Of a stretch of DNA of 64,000 nucleotides, positions 19,858 to 30,356 are shown one piece after another. The notes below the pieces were generated by a model. The model ran no database searches and had not been told where the DNA came from. It worked only from the letters and a program-made list of their open reading frames with translations. The position numbers and the translations under genes were made by a program. How positions within the stretch are numbered: position 1 is the stretch's first letter; every line of letters begins with the position of its first letter. This DNA comes from a virus (taxonomy: Duplodnaviria > Caudoviricetes), in the IMG/VR virus record IMGVR_UViG_3300025924_000004, positions 6,834-70,833 of that record; one strand, written 5' to 3'.

Positions 19858-22287
19858 TTACGCGACTTGTGGCTGCCCCTGTCCCTGCTGTTGATTTTGT
19901 TGCTGCTGTGCGGCTTGTTGCATTTGGTTCTGTTGGGCTATCTGCGTCATTTGCAAATCGTGTTCTTCTAACGATGCTTCCATTTCAGCAATCTTCATTT
20001 CAAGCTGATTTTGCTGCAAGGCTTCCTGATTTGCTATTAGGTTTTGCACATAAACCGGGAGTTTACCCTTACCTTGTTGCGCTAATAGTAACGATTGGTT
20101 GATAAGGTCTTGCAGCTTATTCATGTGTTCGCCACTTGTTTTCTTCTCTACCTTAACCATTTCACGCTTATCGCTTGCTGCATCTGATTGTTCCTTCATC
20201 TGCATTTGCTGCTGTGCCTGTTGCGCGGTGGCCTGTTGTTGCTGTTTAGCCATTTGCTGTTGAGCTTGTTGCTGCTCTTTCATACGCTTCTTTTGAATGA
20301 AAGTCAGATAGCGTATGCCATACTCCATATCAAACTTGCAGTACTTCTTAACCATCATAGCATCGTCAGGCATCATTTGTTTCTGCTGCACTGCTGTAGT
20401 TAAAAACTCACTTAGCCATTGCATATCCTCTGCGTTCATATTTACCGATATTTTGGTCAGGTAGTTTGATTTGGTTAATTCCTTGTTGTACTTAATGAAG
20501 TCAGCATTGGACTTTCCCAATAGCCTAATGTACATATCGTTGGTTTCGGGCGTGTTTAAGGCATCCCAAAGCAAAATGGCTATTGACTTAGCCGTATCGG
20601 TTAAAATGCTTACATAGCCGTTATAAATGTGCGCTGTGGACATATTTGAGGCTTGTACCTGTCCCTGCATAACGCCTAGCCCTATTCTTGACGGAACACC
20701 GCTTCCGTCCTTAACCTCATTAATGCCTAAATAGTCCCTGATATTATTTAGTTCAAAGTTATACACCGCTATCTGCTCTGATAGCATATTTCCGTAAGAA
20801 GAAATGATTTGCTCTACAGGTGGCATGTTTACCCTATCACCTGATATTTTAGAACTACGCCACGGAATGTCACCTGTTTCTTGGTACAATTCACGTAGTT
20901 TCATGTATCCGATAGACTTGCTTCCTGTACCCAAATCCATTTCGGTAACAGCGTCCAAATCTATTTTTACCCCCGGTGGCGCAACTTTAGCCAATACGTT
21001 CTGCATCCTTAGTATAGATAAATCCATCTGAATAATAGAGGACTTAATGCTTTGCATAGGTGAAACAGGCAACATATCGCCATCGTTATTCAGCATATAC
21101 AAAGCGTAACCCGACATTACATCTTCAACATCTTCGTTGTTTCTTATCAGGTTAGGCATTTCTTTCCACTCCAAAACATCGGTCGCTCCGATTAACCAAG
21201 CACCCTGATACCAAGTGGGGATATATTGTTTGTAGTTTTTCTTCTTGGGATTGTCTTTAATGACACGATATTCGACAATTTTGTTACCGTAAATATCTTC
21301 GCCTTTAGTATAATTGATTTCCTTTTGTACTTTGTACCTAAAAAATAACACGTCAATTAAAAATGAGTCGTAAGGACGTGTATAGGATATTTCGTAGTCT
21401 GCTATAAAGTCAACCAAAGTATCGGGGTTTCCGTAAAATCCTTTAAATTGATAAGCTAATTTATACAGTTGTTTTTCAGGATATTCGGGGTACATTAGCC
21501 TTACGTCCAGTATAGATATGCGCTCAACGTGACCTACGTAGGGTATGTTTCTAAAGTTTAACGTTAGTGTCGTGCCGTAAACCAAGTATTCGGGGCGTAT
21601 TCTTTTGCTTACTATCCTTTTCCTACCATTAAAACCCGTGAACTCGCAGGCTAACCCACAGTCTACCAAGTCTTCTGCCAATAATTTTTTCGTGGCTTCC
21701 TGACCGTTATTCTCTAAAATGAATGAAACGCCCTCTGACATCAGCGTTTCTTCTTTCTCTTTATCGTTTAACCCTGCCCATAATTCCAGCTCATCGTCTG
21801 TTTCCGGCTGAAAGTCATTGTCAGGCGATAGTTTCATTCCGGTTGATTGTTCTGCCGCCTGCACGAAGTCGCCATGCTTCATTTTGAACGCCATTTCGTT
21901 CTTCTTGTCGTCCTTGCGCTGCTGAATACCCTGTGCTAATCCTGTACAGTCCACGCTCTCCAAACGAGCCATAATGTCATTGACGAGAATATTTCGGAAT
22001 TTGGGTGCTATTGGACGGGGATGATAATCATAGTTCATATAAGAGGCTTTCCCGTCAACCCCTAATATGTCCAAATAAGTCTGAAATGGTTGTTTACCTG
22101 CGCCAAAAACTCGGTTGTCGGCAAATTGTGTGTTTCGGATACCGTAGTAGCTATTCTCGCCCCATATACAGGAATTATAAATAGCCTGTGCCGTCTGATA
22201 GCCCGTTTCGGGCTTGTTCAATTCCTCACGGGGCATTATAGGGCTTGGGAACTGACCCTTATAATTAGAATTTTCTACGTCTGGCAT
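19858..22287 (-). CDS. portal protein
   Basis: 809 aa directly after TerL; RPIAPKFRNILVN, RDYLGINEVKDGS; Q-rich C-terminal barrel. Confidence 0.85.
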   Translation of the reverse strand: MPDVENSNYKGQFPSPIMPREELNKPETGYQTAQAIYNSCIWGENSYYGIRNTQFADNRVFGAGKQPFQTYLDILGVDGKASYMNYDYHPRPIAPKFRNILVNDIMARLESVDCTGLAQGIQQRKDDKKNEMAFKMKHGDFVQAAEQSTGMKLSPDNDFQPETDDELELWAGLNDKEKEETLMSEGVSFILENNGQEATKKLLAEDLVDCGLACEFTGFNGRKRIVSKRIRPEYLVYGTTLTLNFRNIPYVGHVERISILDVRLMYPEYPEKQLYKLAYQFKGFYGNPDTLVDFIADYEISYTRPYDSFLIDVLFFRYKVQKEINYTKGEDIYGNKIVEYRVIKDNPKKKNYKQYIPTWYQGAWLIGATDVLEWKEMPNLIRNNEDVEDVMSGYALYMLNNDGDMLPVSPMQSIKSSIIQMDLSILRMQNVLAKVAPPGVKIDLDAVTEMDLGTGSKSIGYMKLRELYQETGDIPWRSSKISGDRVNMPPVEQIISSYGNMLSEQIAVYNFELNNIRDYLGINEVKDGSGVPSRIGLGVMQGQVQASNMSTAHIYNGYVSILTDTAKSIAILLWDALNTPETNDMYIRLLGKSNADFIKYNKELTKSNYLTKISVNMNAEDMQWLSEFLTTAVQQKQMMPDDAMMVKKYCKFDMEYGIRYLTFIQKKRMKEQQQAQQQMAKQQQQATAQQAQQQMQMKEQSDAASDKREMVKVEKKTSGEHMNKLQDLINQSLLLAQQGKGKLPVYVQNLIANQEALQQNQLEMKIAEMEASLEEHDLQMTQIAQQNQMQQAAQQQQNQQQGQGQPQVA

Positions 22288-22352
22288 CTATGAAAAAAAT
22301 AATCGTAAATATAAAACATTATTCCAAATATTTATAATGACTATTTTTGTTA

Positions 22353-25300
22353 CTAAGCTGTTCTTTTACCATATTTTGCTCTAAGGTCATATATCCTGTA
22401 CATTTGAACGGTATCTTCATCATGAACCATTTGACGGTGCTTGTCCTTCAACCCCATGAGTGCGTATCCAAAGGACATGCAAGCATCGTACAAAGTACGT
22501 TCTTTAACGTTAAATCCGAACATATCTCTTAATACTCTTAAATACCAAATTTTCCCTACGTTGGCAGATGCGTACTCAATCATTTCCGTTAAATGTTGTT
22601 CCCTACCCTCTCCATCCTGCGCGGCAATACCGTAGCGCTCCTCACCTGTTATTTTTAAATTGGTTTTAACACAGTACCCTAATAATTTTTTATCTAAAGC
22701 ATAGTCATACCACGTTATAGGGGAGCGTTCTATAAGTGCTTTTATACCGCAATACCGTAAACAAAGAAAGAGTTGTTCATGCATAAATGCTACTGAACTT
22801 GGCCTGCCTATACCAAGTCCCGCTATCATACCTGAATTATCGGGGTCTAAAGCATTGTACCGCTTAAAAATACAAATAGAGGCGTCAGAGCCTTTCTCTG
22901 CGGTAGTTTCGGAGTTGTTGATTAAGTCAGCGCCAGCTACACCCCAATCGGTATTTGTGGGTGTCCTGTGACCGCCTATCCAAGTGTATTTGTTAGCATC
23001 TTTTTGTTCGGGTAAATCAAGAAAGTACCACATAAATTCAGGACTTTCATTTGGCGTTCCCAATTCAGCATCTTCAAAATAAGCATCACCATTTGAACTT
23101 GCCCTGAATAAACCTTTTCGATATAGCGAAGCGTATTCTAATTTTGCTTCTACCCGTTCAACTTGGTCATTCAAGTCTTTTATGTTAAAATAACAGGAAT
23201 TATTAGCGCCCCTGAAAACTTCTTCGGGTGTAAAGGGAAACATTCGTATTTCTTCCTGTAGCTTTTCGGGGTCATCAGCTTTTAATCTTCGCTGTAACTC
23301 ACAGTATGCTTTGCACCCCATGTATGGGTCAAGCGTATAGGGGTCGTTTTTCAACCATTCTGTCTGCGCCTCTGTCGGGGTGTCCCAAACCGAATTTCCA
23401 AACTTATCAACCCATCCCAAATCCCTGCCACCCATGTAGCCGGGGATGAAATATTGAATGAGTTTATTTTTAGTTTGCCCCAATTCATCTAGGTCGTCCT
23501 GATCTGAACCATCCCAAACGATTTTATATCGTGTACCACCCTTATCTCCTTTGTTTACAGTAGTGATGCAGACTATTCGCCCCATTTCCTCACCTGCTGT
23601 AATAATATTGGATGCAATCTCCAAATATTCATCTATGGGTACATCTGTAGGCCATTTACCACAATTCATAGTTATAGTAAAGTCTTCTAATATTAACCTC
23701 CTATCTTCATCGCAATCCGCCTTTACCTGTATACCAATATACTGACCTATACCTAATTTACTTATTTCAATTCTATTCCTTCTAAAAGCATACTGCTTTT
23801 CATACTTATTAAAATTTTTCCTTTTTACAATGGTTGGTATTGTTGATAAGTCACCGCTAATGGATAGTTTCCATGTATCCGAACCAAAATTTGATTTAGC
23901 GTACTTTATATTGGATACGGAAAAACCTAAACTTTTAGCCAAAAATGAAATATCTTCTATTATACCCATTTTTGACATAGCAAAAGTTATTGAACCGTGT
24001 CGTTTGCCTTTAGAGGCGTGCCCATCCGTATCTATTAATCCGGCAAGTAGTTTAAGCCTATTTTCTCGTGAATTGTGTAAATAATCGGTTGGTATCCTTT
24101 TGTTTTTATAAACGCCAAGTCGTTTAAGTTCTGTTGTTAAGTAATTAACACTACCATGCTTTTTATTAAGATTATATATAACCCACACGGCTTTTTTACA
24201 GTAACTTATTGGATTAACTGTTGTTATATATCCCTTTTGCTGACCGTAATTAACAAGATGTGATAACAATTCAGGCTCATCAACAAAATTACATATAAAA
24301 GATAGCCCAGTATACCTGCCATCCCCTATCCACGCTCCAAAAATATACGGGTCAATAAGCATTTCTTTTTCAGGAAAAACTAAACCCAAACTTCTTAATC
24401 CATGTGTAGTTCTTTTTCTATACTTTCCTAATTTTATAAACTGTTCTGGTGTATAATACTTTATTCCGTCATCTTTTATACTGTCAACCTTACATCTTTG
24501 CTCTAAGTACAATCTATGCCTAGAGGAAACTATATAATCTTTTGAATATGGTTGATGAATACGATACATTTCATCATAACCTTCAAATTTTTGCATAACA
24601 GGTAATAATTTACCTCCTTCAACATAAACTAAGTCACCTATTTTAATATCTTTTATTGGTCTAAAAATATATCCCTCACAAAGTATTTTAGTGTCGGGGT
24701 GTAGACATTCATCCAGTAGCAAAAACCATAGTCCGTCACCGTCAAATACGTTTGATTTTGGTGCGCGCCACTCTATCCTATTGTTTAATCCGTCCTTACT
24801 TGCGCCCGTGGCTTGGTCTTTGGTTATTTTACCTGCCTGCTTAGTAATATGCAGCGTTGTTTTTGGGTCGTCTGTTCCGCTGATACGAGGCTTTAAGAAG
24901 TTAGGAAGTCGTGAATACCCATTAACAAGCATTAATTGAAATATCTTTTCAGCGTCTTTAGCAGCCATTGAAGTAATACCTTCTTCAATATTTTGCTTAA
25001 TAAGACCAAATTGAAGCATAATAGACATGCACATGGTGGAAACGTGCTTACGCCTACCCTTCATGGTATTTCCACCCCTGCATTTATGATTTTTAAAAAA
25101 CACATGCTCCATGAAGTACATGAAGCTGATGCAGGTATCTTTAAACTTAGGGTAAAACCCTTCTTTGGTAACAAACCATTGAAAATAGAAATATGCGAAC
25201 AGGTTTAAATAAACGGGTCTTCCTTCTATCATTACCCATTCACCATGCAAAATCCTGTCTATTTCGTCGTAATACCATTCAAGCTGACCGGGTGATGGTT

Positions 25301-25481
25301 TATCCCACCACATTGCGCCCTTTTTGGGGTCGTCATTCCAATTCCACTGCTTGTATTCAGTATGCCGCGTCCATACTTGGTCTTGAAGTTTAAGGTGGCT
25401 ACCTCTTATTTTTTTTAAGGGGGGTATTTCAGGTGTTTCGTACCAAGTGGATTTCCATAAATTAAACCTTTGTGTTGCCAT
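22353..25481 (-). CDS. terL: terminase large subunit with intein
   Basis: MKGRRKHVS (Walker A region), LLLDE/CGKW (Walker B, split by the intein), nuclease domain ending YDACMSFG. Confidence 0.9.
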   Translation of the reverse strand: MATQRFNLWKSTWYETPEIPPLKKIRGSHLKLQDQVWTRHTEYKQWNWNDDPKKGAMWWDKPSPGQLEWYYDEIDRILHGEWVMIEGRPVYLNLFAYFYFQWFVTKEGFYPKFKDTCISFMYFMEHVFFKNHKCRGGNTMKGRRKHVSTMCMSIMLQFGLIKQNIEEGITSMAAKDAEKIFQLMLVNGYSRLPNFLKPRISGTDDPKTTLHITKQAGKITKDQATGASKDGLNNRIEWRAPKSNVFDGDGLWFLLLDECLHPDTKILCEGYIFRPIKDIKIGDLVYVEGGKLLPVMQKFEGYDEMYRIHQPYSKDYIVSSRHRLYLEQRCKVDSIKDDGIKYYTPEQFIKLGKYRKRTTHGLRSLGLVFPEKEMLIDPYIFGAWIGDGRYTGLSFICNFVDEPELLSHLVNYGQQKGYITTVNPISYCKKAVWVIYNLNKKHGSVNYLTTELKRLGVYKNKRIPTDYLHNSRENRLKLLAGLIDTDGHASKGKRHGSITFAMSKMGIIEDISFLAKSLGFSVSNIKYAKSNFGSDTWKLSISGDLSTIPTIVKRKNFNKYEKQYAFRRNRIEISKLGIGQYIGIQVKADCDEDRRLILEDFTITMNCGKWPTDVPIDEYLEIASNIITAGEEMGRIVCITTVNKGDKGGTRYKIVWDGSDQDDLDELGQTKNKLIQYFIPGYMGGRDLGWVDKFGNSVWDTPTEAQTEWLKNDPYTLDPYMGCKAYCELQRRLKADDPEKLQEEIRMFPFTPEEVFRGANNSCYFNIKDLNDQVERVEAKLEYASLYRKGLFRASSNGDAYFEDAELGTPNESPEFMWYFLDLPEQKDANKYTWIGGHRTPTNTDWGVAGADLINNSETTAEKGSDASICIFKRYNALDPDNSGMIAGLGIGRPSSVAFMHEQLFLCLRYCGIKALIERSPITWYDYALDKKLLGYCVKTNLKITGEERYGIAAQDGEGREQHLTEMIEYASANVGKIWYLRVLRDMFGFNVKERTLYDACMSFGYALMGLKDKHRQMVHDEDTVQMYRIYDLRAKYGKRTA
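23664..24707 (-). mobile_element. intein with LAGLIDADG homing endonuclease (348 aa)
   Basis: starts CLHPDT, ends ITMN before +1 Cys; FGAWIGDG and LAGLIDTDG motifs. Confidence 0.9.
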
Positions 25482-25761
25482 TTCTACTCACCTTCTTTAC
25501 TGCATGTTCGAACATATTCTCAATAGGTTTTTGTTCAACGGCTAATTCTCGTAGTTTTAATTCAGGGTTAGCTATTTTTTCAAGTTGTTCAAAACTAGTT
25601 ATTTCTTTTGTCATTTTAAGAACAGTTTCTACCATCCTATCTTCTATGACATATTTTATTTCTTCTCCTTTGGCTACGGAGTCTAAATTATCAGCGTATG
25701 CCTCCCAAAAGGATTCTATAGATTTAATCAACTTTCTTACGGGTGAAACTTTTTCGCTCAT
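25462..25761 (-). CDS. probable terminase small subunit
   Basis: 99-aa helical protein overlapping the TerL start; positional only. Confidence 0.45.
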   Translation of the reverse strand: MSEKVSPVRKLIKSIESFWEAYADNLDSVAKGEEIKYVIEDRMVETVLKMTKEITSFEQLEKIANPELKLRELAVEQKPIENMFEHAVKKVSRNGNTKV

Positions 25762-26558
25762 GCCACTGGTTTTAAATGATGTATGTTTTTAGCTTCATGG
25801 TCATTCCACACACCAATAATACTTTCATAGGGTATACAATAGCCTTGTGGTGTTTCTATACCCTGATTGCGGTAAATCTGCAAAACATCACCTACCATGA
25901 TGTCGTTTAAGGACGTAAGAGCTATGGCGGTTTGGTTGTTGGTCTTTAGGGTGAATATCTCATGCTCCTTTTCGGGAAGTCGTCTTACCAACAGGTTTTC
26001 ACCAACTACCTTTCCGTTAACCCAAACTACTTCGTCCATTCTTACTTTATAGTAACTTTTTTTGTCTAAAGTTATGAGATACATTGCATTTTTCAAAACC
26101 AATACTTCTTTTCCCTCGTATACTCCGTGTGTGCAACGTATCGTCTGCTTTTCACCGAAGTAAACGCCAAAGTGTTCTTCCACCTCTATGTCGTAGCTGC
26201 AAAGGATATAATTAGGGAAAGTTTCCGGTGTTTGGTTATTGTATTTGAAGAACATTTGAAAGTCAGTAGACCTGAAATACTTTTTTCCGTTTAATTCGAA
26301 GTGGTCACGGAACTCGAAAGATTTATCCTTGCCTATATCACCGTAAAAAGTAAAATGATTAACTGCTACCGTGTCACCAACTTCAAGATTAAGCCAGTTA
26401 TCTTCCGGCACGGCTTCTACCATGCCTAACTGTGGGTTGCGTTCCCTTAAATTATTCTCAAATGACTTATCAATAGCTATGGTGATGTCATCAGTCAGTT
26501 GATAACTGTCCTTGTGAAGTATAGGTGAAAGTAAGTATGTGCCTTTATTCGCTATCAT
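25758..26558 (-). CDS. GroES-like co-chaperonin-domain protein
   Basis: GMVEAVP...LEVGDTVAVNHF and MVGDVLQI: repeated GroES-like beta pattern. Confidence 0.55.
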   Translation of the reverse strand: MIANKGTYLLSPILHKDSYQLTDDITIAIDKSFENNLRERNPQLGMVEAVPEDNWLNLEVGDTVAVNHFTFYGDIGKDKSFEFRDHFELNGKKYFRSTDFQMFFKYNNQTPETFPNYILCSYDIEVEEHFGVYFGEKQTIRCTHGVYEGKEVLVLKNAMYLITLDKKSYYKVRMDEVVWVNGKVVGENLLVRRLPEKEHEIFTLKTNNQTAIALTSLNDIMVGDVLQIYRNQGIETPQGYCIPYESIIGVWNDHEAKNIHHLKPVA

Positions 26559-27115
26559 CTGTTCATCCTTTTTGCTATCCTTACCTTAATTAACTTCTGA
26601 TTATACACGTAGTCTAAAATCTCGTTAAGCCTGTCCTGACCGGAAACGGTAAGGTAGTATTTCATCCTTCCTTCTTTTTTTACAAACCCGGTGTCTATCA
26701 TGGCCTGTATATCCCCCTTAATGCCGTACCACCTGTCAGCCCTTTCCAGTATGTTTTTTAGAGTGAAATGTTCGTACTGATACCCTGAAACTAATATCGC
26801 AAATTCTTTGAATGAGAATGTGCCGTCTTCTGAAAGGTTATGATAGCAAATAATGGAACGCATGATGATTTCAAGGTGTGCGTTCTTGCTTGACTTTTTG
26901 CCTATGTCTTGGAACTTTTTACCTTGATTGTCGTAGTATGCTTGTAGTTTTTTGTAGCGTTCTTTCTCCCTGTTTAACTTTACGATGTAGTCCAGTACCT
27001 TAAATTCAAGACGTTTTATCTCCTTGTCTTTATTTTTAAGGCTTTTCTTCATACGGTCTATTGCGAAACCTCTTATGCTTCGTCTTTCCCGTGGTTTTAT
27101 GTCTGCGTCCGTCAT
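26555..27115 (-). CDS. coiled-coil plus winged-helix DNA-binding protein
   Basis: C-terminal MIDTGFVKKEGRMKYYLTVSGQDRL, MarR-like wing. Confidence 0.5.
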   Translation of the reverse strand: MTDADIKPRERRSIRGFAIDRMKKSLKNKDKEIKRLEFKVLDYIVKLNREKERYKKLQAYYDNQGKKFQDIGKKSSKNAHLEIIMRSIICYHNLSEDGTFSFKEFAILVSGYQYEHFTLKNILERADRWYGIKGDIQAMIDTGFVKKEGRMKYYLTVSGQDRLNEILDYVYNQKLIKVRIAKRMNR

Positions 27116-28077
27116 AAGTTTTCAAGTATGCGGTTAACACGTAGTTTATTTATATTGGATAGTAAAAGTTCGTCACAGATATATTCCCATGATTCGTGGT
27201 TCATTCTTTCCAGTAAAGGCATATCCCATTCATTTCCAAAAGCCTCTATTGGTAAAATAAACTCCTTATTAAATTCGGGTAGTCTTGTATTACCAAAGAA
27301 CGCTGCGCCCGAATACGAAGCCTCTAACCAGCTTATATTGCTCTTTCCCCGATTAAAAATCGTATCACATAGTGGAAATATCATAGCACAGGGATTGGTT
27401 TCGTTCAAATATCTGAAAAATTCCAATATTGTCATTGGCGGTATAATGTGGTGGTTATCGCCAGTTCTTTGCTCAATATAAGTAAATCTATCGCCCTGAA
27501 ACATAAAAGTCCATTCGGGGCTATCATTTATTACCTTAACCAAAGTATCGGCTACCTGCATAACATCGGCTTGATGTGAGCCACCACCTCTATAGTATAC
27601 GGTTTTATTTGGTGCAAAAAGGCGTTTAAGTTTTATATTGAATATATAGTTATTGTGGGCGTTGGGTATAACGTGAATGTTTTTATTAAAAGGAAGATAG
27701 GATTGCTTAATACTTTCTGTTGATGTCCAAATTTCATCGGACAGTTGTAGGCATGTTTGCAAATTAGCTTGGTTTGATTTATATAGTTCGTAAGTAGGGT
27801 TGTACATATCCACGCAAGTCAGGTCGTCGTCATAGTCTAATATGATTTTAAGACCCATGTTTTTTGCTGCCGTTATAACCTGTGTGTGTTCCCGTCCAAA
27901 TGGTCTTTGTATCCATAGGATTGAATACCCTAAAAAGGTTGTCCAATCAAATATCTTATTATCGGATATGTCTTTTATCTCAAAATCCTTGTGATTGATG
28001 TACGCATGGAAGGTTCCGCGCCAAAAAGCCGTGGTATCACGCTTGTCTAAGCAAAATGTTAGTATTTTTGGCTTCAT
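27112..28077 (-). CDS. glycosyltransferase (GT-B/GT4-like)
   Basis: ILDYDDDL, DEIWTSTESIK, VIPNA, FPLCDTIFNRGKSNISWLE. Confidence 0.75.
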   Translation of the reverse strand: MKPKILTFCLDKRDTTAFWRGTFHAYINHKDFEIKDISDNKIFDWTTFLGYSILWIQRPFGREHTQVITAAKNMGLKIILDYDDDLTCVDMYNPTYELYKSNQANLQTCLQLSDEIWTSTESIKQSYLPFNKNIHVIPNAHNNYIFNIKLKRLFAPNKTVYYRGGGSHQADVMQVADTLVKVINDSPEWTFMFQGDRFTYIEQRTGDNHHIIPPMTILEFFRYLNETNPCAMIFPLCDTIFNRGKSNISWLEASYSGAAFFGNTRLPEFNKEFILPIEAFGNEWDMPLLERMNHESWEYICDELLLSNINKLRVNRILENL

Positions 28078-28760
28078 TTCTTCCTATAAACTACGATATG
28101 ACACAAACTAAACTGAAATTCAAATCCCTCTTTATCCCAATCCCTTACCGCATTTGATACAGCTTCGTGTCCTGAATACATACCATCAGGCAAGTCAAAA
28201 TATCGTCCGGCGTCGTCAATTACTAAGTATCCTCCTTTAGTTACCATTGGCGAATAGTTAATCAAGTCAGCCATACACCCGTCATACGAATGGTCGCCGT
28301 CCACGTAAATTACATCAAATGGAGAGTGATTATTAACTCCCTTGATAGCCCATTCATTTTGGCTATACTCGTTTATTATTATCGGCGGGTCTTGATTAAA
28401 TGTTTTATGTACGGTACATATTAGTTTCCAGTAGTCCTTTTCTTTATACCCATCACTATTATTAAGCGGTGAAACCCCATAAATATAGGCTTTTGGCTTT
28501 AATAGTCGCCACAAGGATAGCGTAGCACCGCAGTAAACACCAATTTCTAATAGTTTTGCATCGTCAGGTAGTTCTTCTAAAATTAACTTCCATAACCACC
28601 AAAAACTTTTCTCGCCAAATCCCCACTCATTTTCGTTTATAAGGTCACGGTGGTCACGTAGTTCGGTATTAGAGTTGACACACTCCACGAAGTAATCATT
28701 AATTTCTTTGTGAAATATTTTAGTGTCAGTCCAGTTTTCTTTTATGTCGGTTATGGTCAT
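28074..28760 (-). CDS. class I SAM methyltransferase (Methyltransf_24-like)
   Basis: LLEIGVYCGAT, DVIYVDGDHSY, GGYLVIDD. Confidence 0.85.
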   Translation of the reverse strand: MTITDIKENWTDTKIFHKEINDYFVECVNSNTELRDHRDLINENEWGFGEKSFWWLWKLILEELPDDAKLLEIGVYCGATLSLWRLLKPKAYIYGVSPLNNSDGYKEKDYWKLICTVHKTFNQDPPIIINEYSQNEWAIKGVNNHSPFDVIYVDGDHSYDGCMADLINYSPMVTKGGYLVIDDAGRYFDLPDGMYSGHEAVSNAVRDWDKEGFEFQFSLCHIVVYRKK

Positions 28761-29398
28761 AAAAGTTCAATTATTTTACTTCCGTCATGTTTGCCGTTAA
28801 AATGGCAAAATACAGGATTTGTACCGGTTTCCTTATTAATTATTCGACCATCTATAAAATCAAAGTCATTCCAAGTGGTCATACATAAATTTTGAAAAAC
28901 ATCGCAATTAGTGTCCAAAAACATTTGGTACTCTCTCCTATTTATTAGGAACGTTTTTGCCAATATAACTTGGTCATTTGATTCAGATGTTATAGGATTA
29001 TCCTCAAACATATTGATAAATTCCTTAACACAAACAAACGCCAAGCCGCCATTAAGATATTTGTACCTACTATTAGATTCAGGATACAAATATGCCCATT
29101 GCTCATAAGGCCACGCATTGATTTCAGAACCAAACAAAATGCACTCCATATTAAATACCTTACTCAATGCTTCATCCATTGTTCCCAAAACCACCACGTC
29201 ATAAGCATCGACAATAAACAGGTGGGTGCAATCGGTAGTCTTGGCGTAGCTATAAGCATTGACCATCTTTGAACCAAATTGGTGATACTCTGTCCCGCAT
29301 ATCTCGTAATCCCATCCAAACTTTTCTAGTGAGTATTTTAGGGTTAGCCAACCCGTATGAGTTGGGTCGCTGACGGTGGTTATTAATTTACATTTCAT
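28757..29398 (-). CDS. PLOD/LH3-type glycosyltransferase domain protein
   Basis: FIVDAYDV, ILFGSEINAWP, KYLNGG, NDQ, LDTNCDVFQNL, VFCHFNG. Confidence 0.8.
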   Translation of the reverse strand: MKCKLITTVSDPTHTGWLTLKYSLEKFGWDYEICGTEYHQFGSKMVNAYSYAKTTDCTHLFIVDAYDVVVLGTMDEALSKVFNMECILFGSEINAWPYEQWAYLYPESNSRYKYLNGGLAFVCVKEFINMFEDNPITSESNDQVILAKTFLINRREYQMFLDTNCDVFQNLCMTTWNDFDFIDGRIINKETGTNPVFCHFNGKHDGSKIIELL

Positions 29399-30141
29399 TC
29401 AAAGTTCTCCCATAGCTGTCGTGTACCATTGATATATTCTTCGTGCCATTTATGATACTCGTCCCAAACAGCACCTGCCAATCCCCATTTAACTTGTGTT
29501 TGTGGATTAGCCCCGGTATCAATATGGTCAATATTAATATGTGGTAAGTAGCAGTTCCAAAATCCTGCCAGTTCAGACCTAAGGCAATATAGGCAATCGT
29601 CAAAACCATAAAGACCCGGCTGTGACATCGCCCCTATTTTATCAATCATCATGTGGTTAAACATTGTGCAAGTACCCATAATACTACCGCCACGTTCCAC
29701 CATTATCCACCTTTGTCCTGAAATATGCGGTAACATCAATACCTGACCGTTAAAGTCTATATCTTTTCTTTTAAGCCCGATGATACCAATGGCAGGGTCA
29801 CGATTAATGGCTTCTTCCATTTCATCAACCCACCCCGAACTATGGATAACTATATCGTTGTCAAGTTTTATCACATTTTCCCCCGTCCTACGCATCTTCA
29901 TACCTTTATTTACCGCTTTGGCTGTGCCTAAGTTTTCCCCATTATGAATGACGTGGGCGTTACAGAGAGGGGCTAACTTGCGTAATATTTCCTGCGTTTC
30001 CTCACAACTGCCGTTATCGCTTATAATAAGTCGGTGCTTTTTAAAGTCAACCGTATCACGTAGTCCCATCAAAGTTTCTTTGGTGTATTGGGAACGACCG
30101 TTGTCTTCGGTGTCATAGCAAGCCATTACTATAAGACTCAT
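29395..30141 (-). CDS. GT2-family glycosyltransferase
   Basis: IISDNGS, NLGTAKAVNKG, IKLDNDI, YGFDD. Confidence 0.85.
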   Translation of the reverse strand: MSLIVMACYDTEDNGRSQYTKETLMGLRDTVDFKKHRLIISDNGSCEETQEILRKLAPLCNAHVIHNGENLGTAKAVNKGMKMRRTGENVIKLDNDIVIHSSGWVDEMEEAINRDPAIGIIGLKRKDIDFNGQVLMLPHISGQRWIMVERGGSIMGTCTMFNHMMIDKIGAMSQPGLYGFDDCLYCLRSELAGFWNCYLPHINIDHIDTGANPQTQVKWGLAGAVWDEYHKWHEEYINGTRQLWENFE

Positions 30142-30356
30142 AATAATTCAGTTTCAGTGTATACTATAACTGTTGAATATGAGTCATTGCTATTTAAGAA
30201 CGTTTGTATGGATACTATTTCTTTTTCGGGAATAAAATCCTTTCTGTCTAAAAACGAATCTATATCTTGCTTTACGGACTCTATATTACTCCCATGACTA
30301 GTTGCCCATACCTTATAAAAGGTACGTAACTTTTTGTGCTTTGACTTACCTATCAT
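30138..30356 (-). CDS. hypothetical protein
   Basis: ORF with 4-nt overlaps at both ends. Confidence 0.55.
   Translation of the reverse strand: MIGKSKHKKLRTFYKVWATSHGSNIESVKQDIDSFLDRKDFIPEKEIVSIQTFLNSNDSYSTVIVYTETELL

Noticed and set aside
20188-20290. CAG/CAA-rich repeats in the portal 3' end
   Set aside because: They simply encode the Q-rich portal C-terminus
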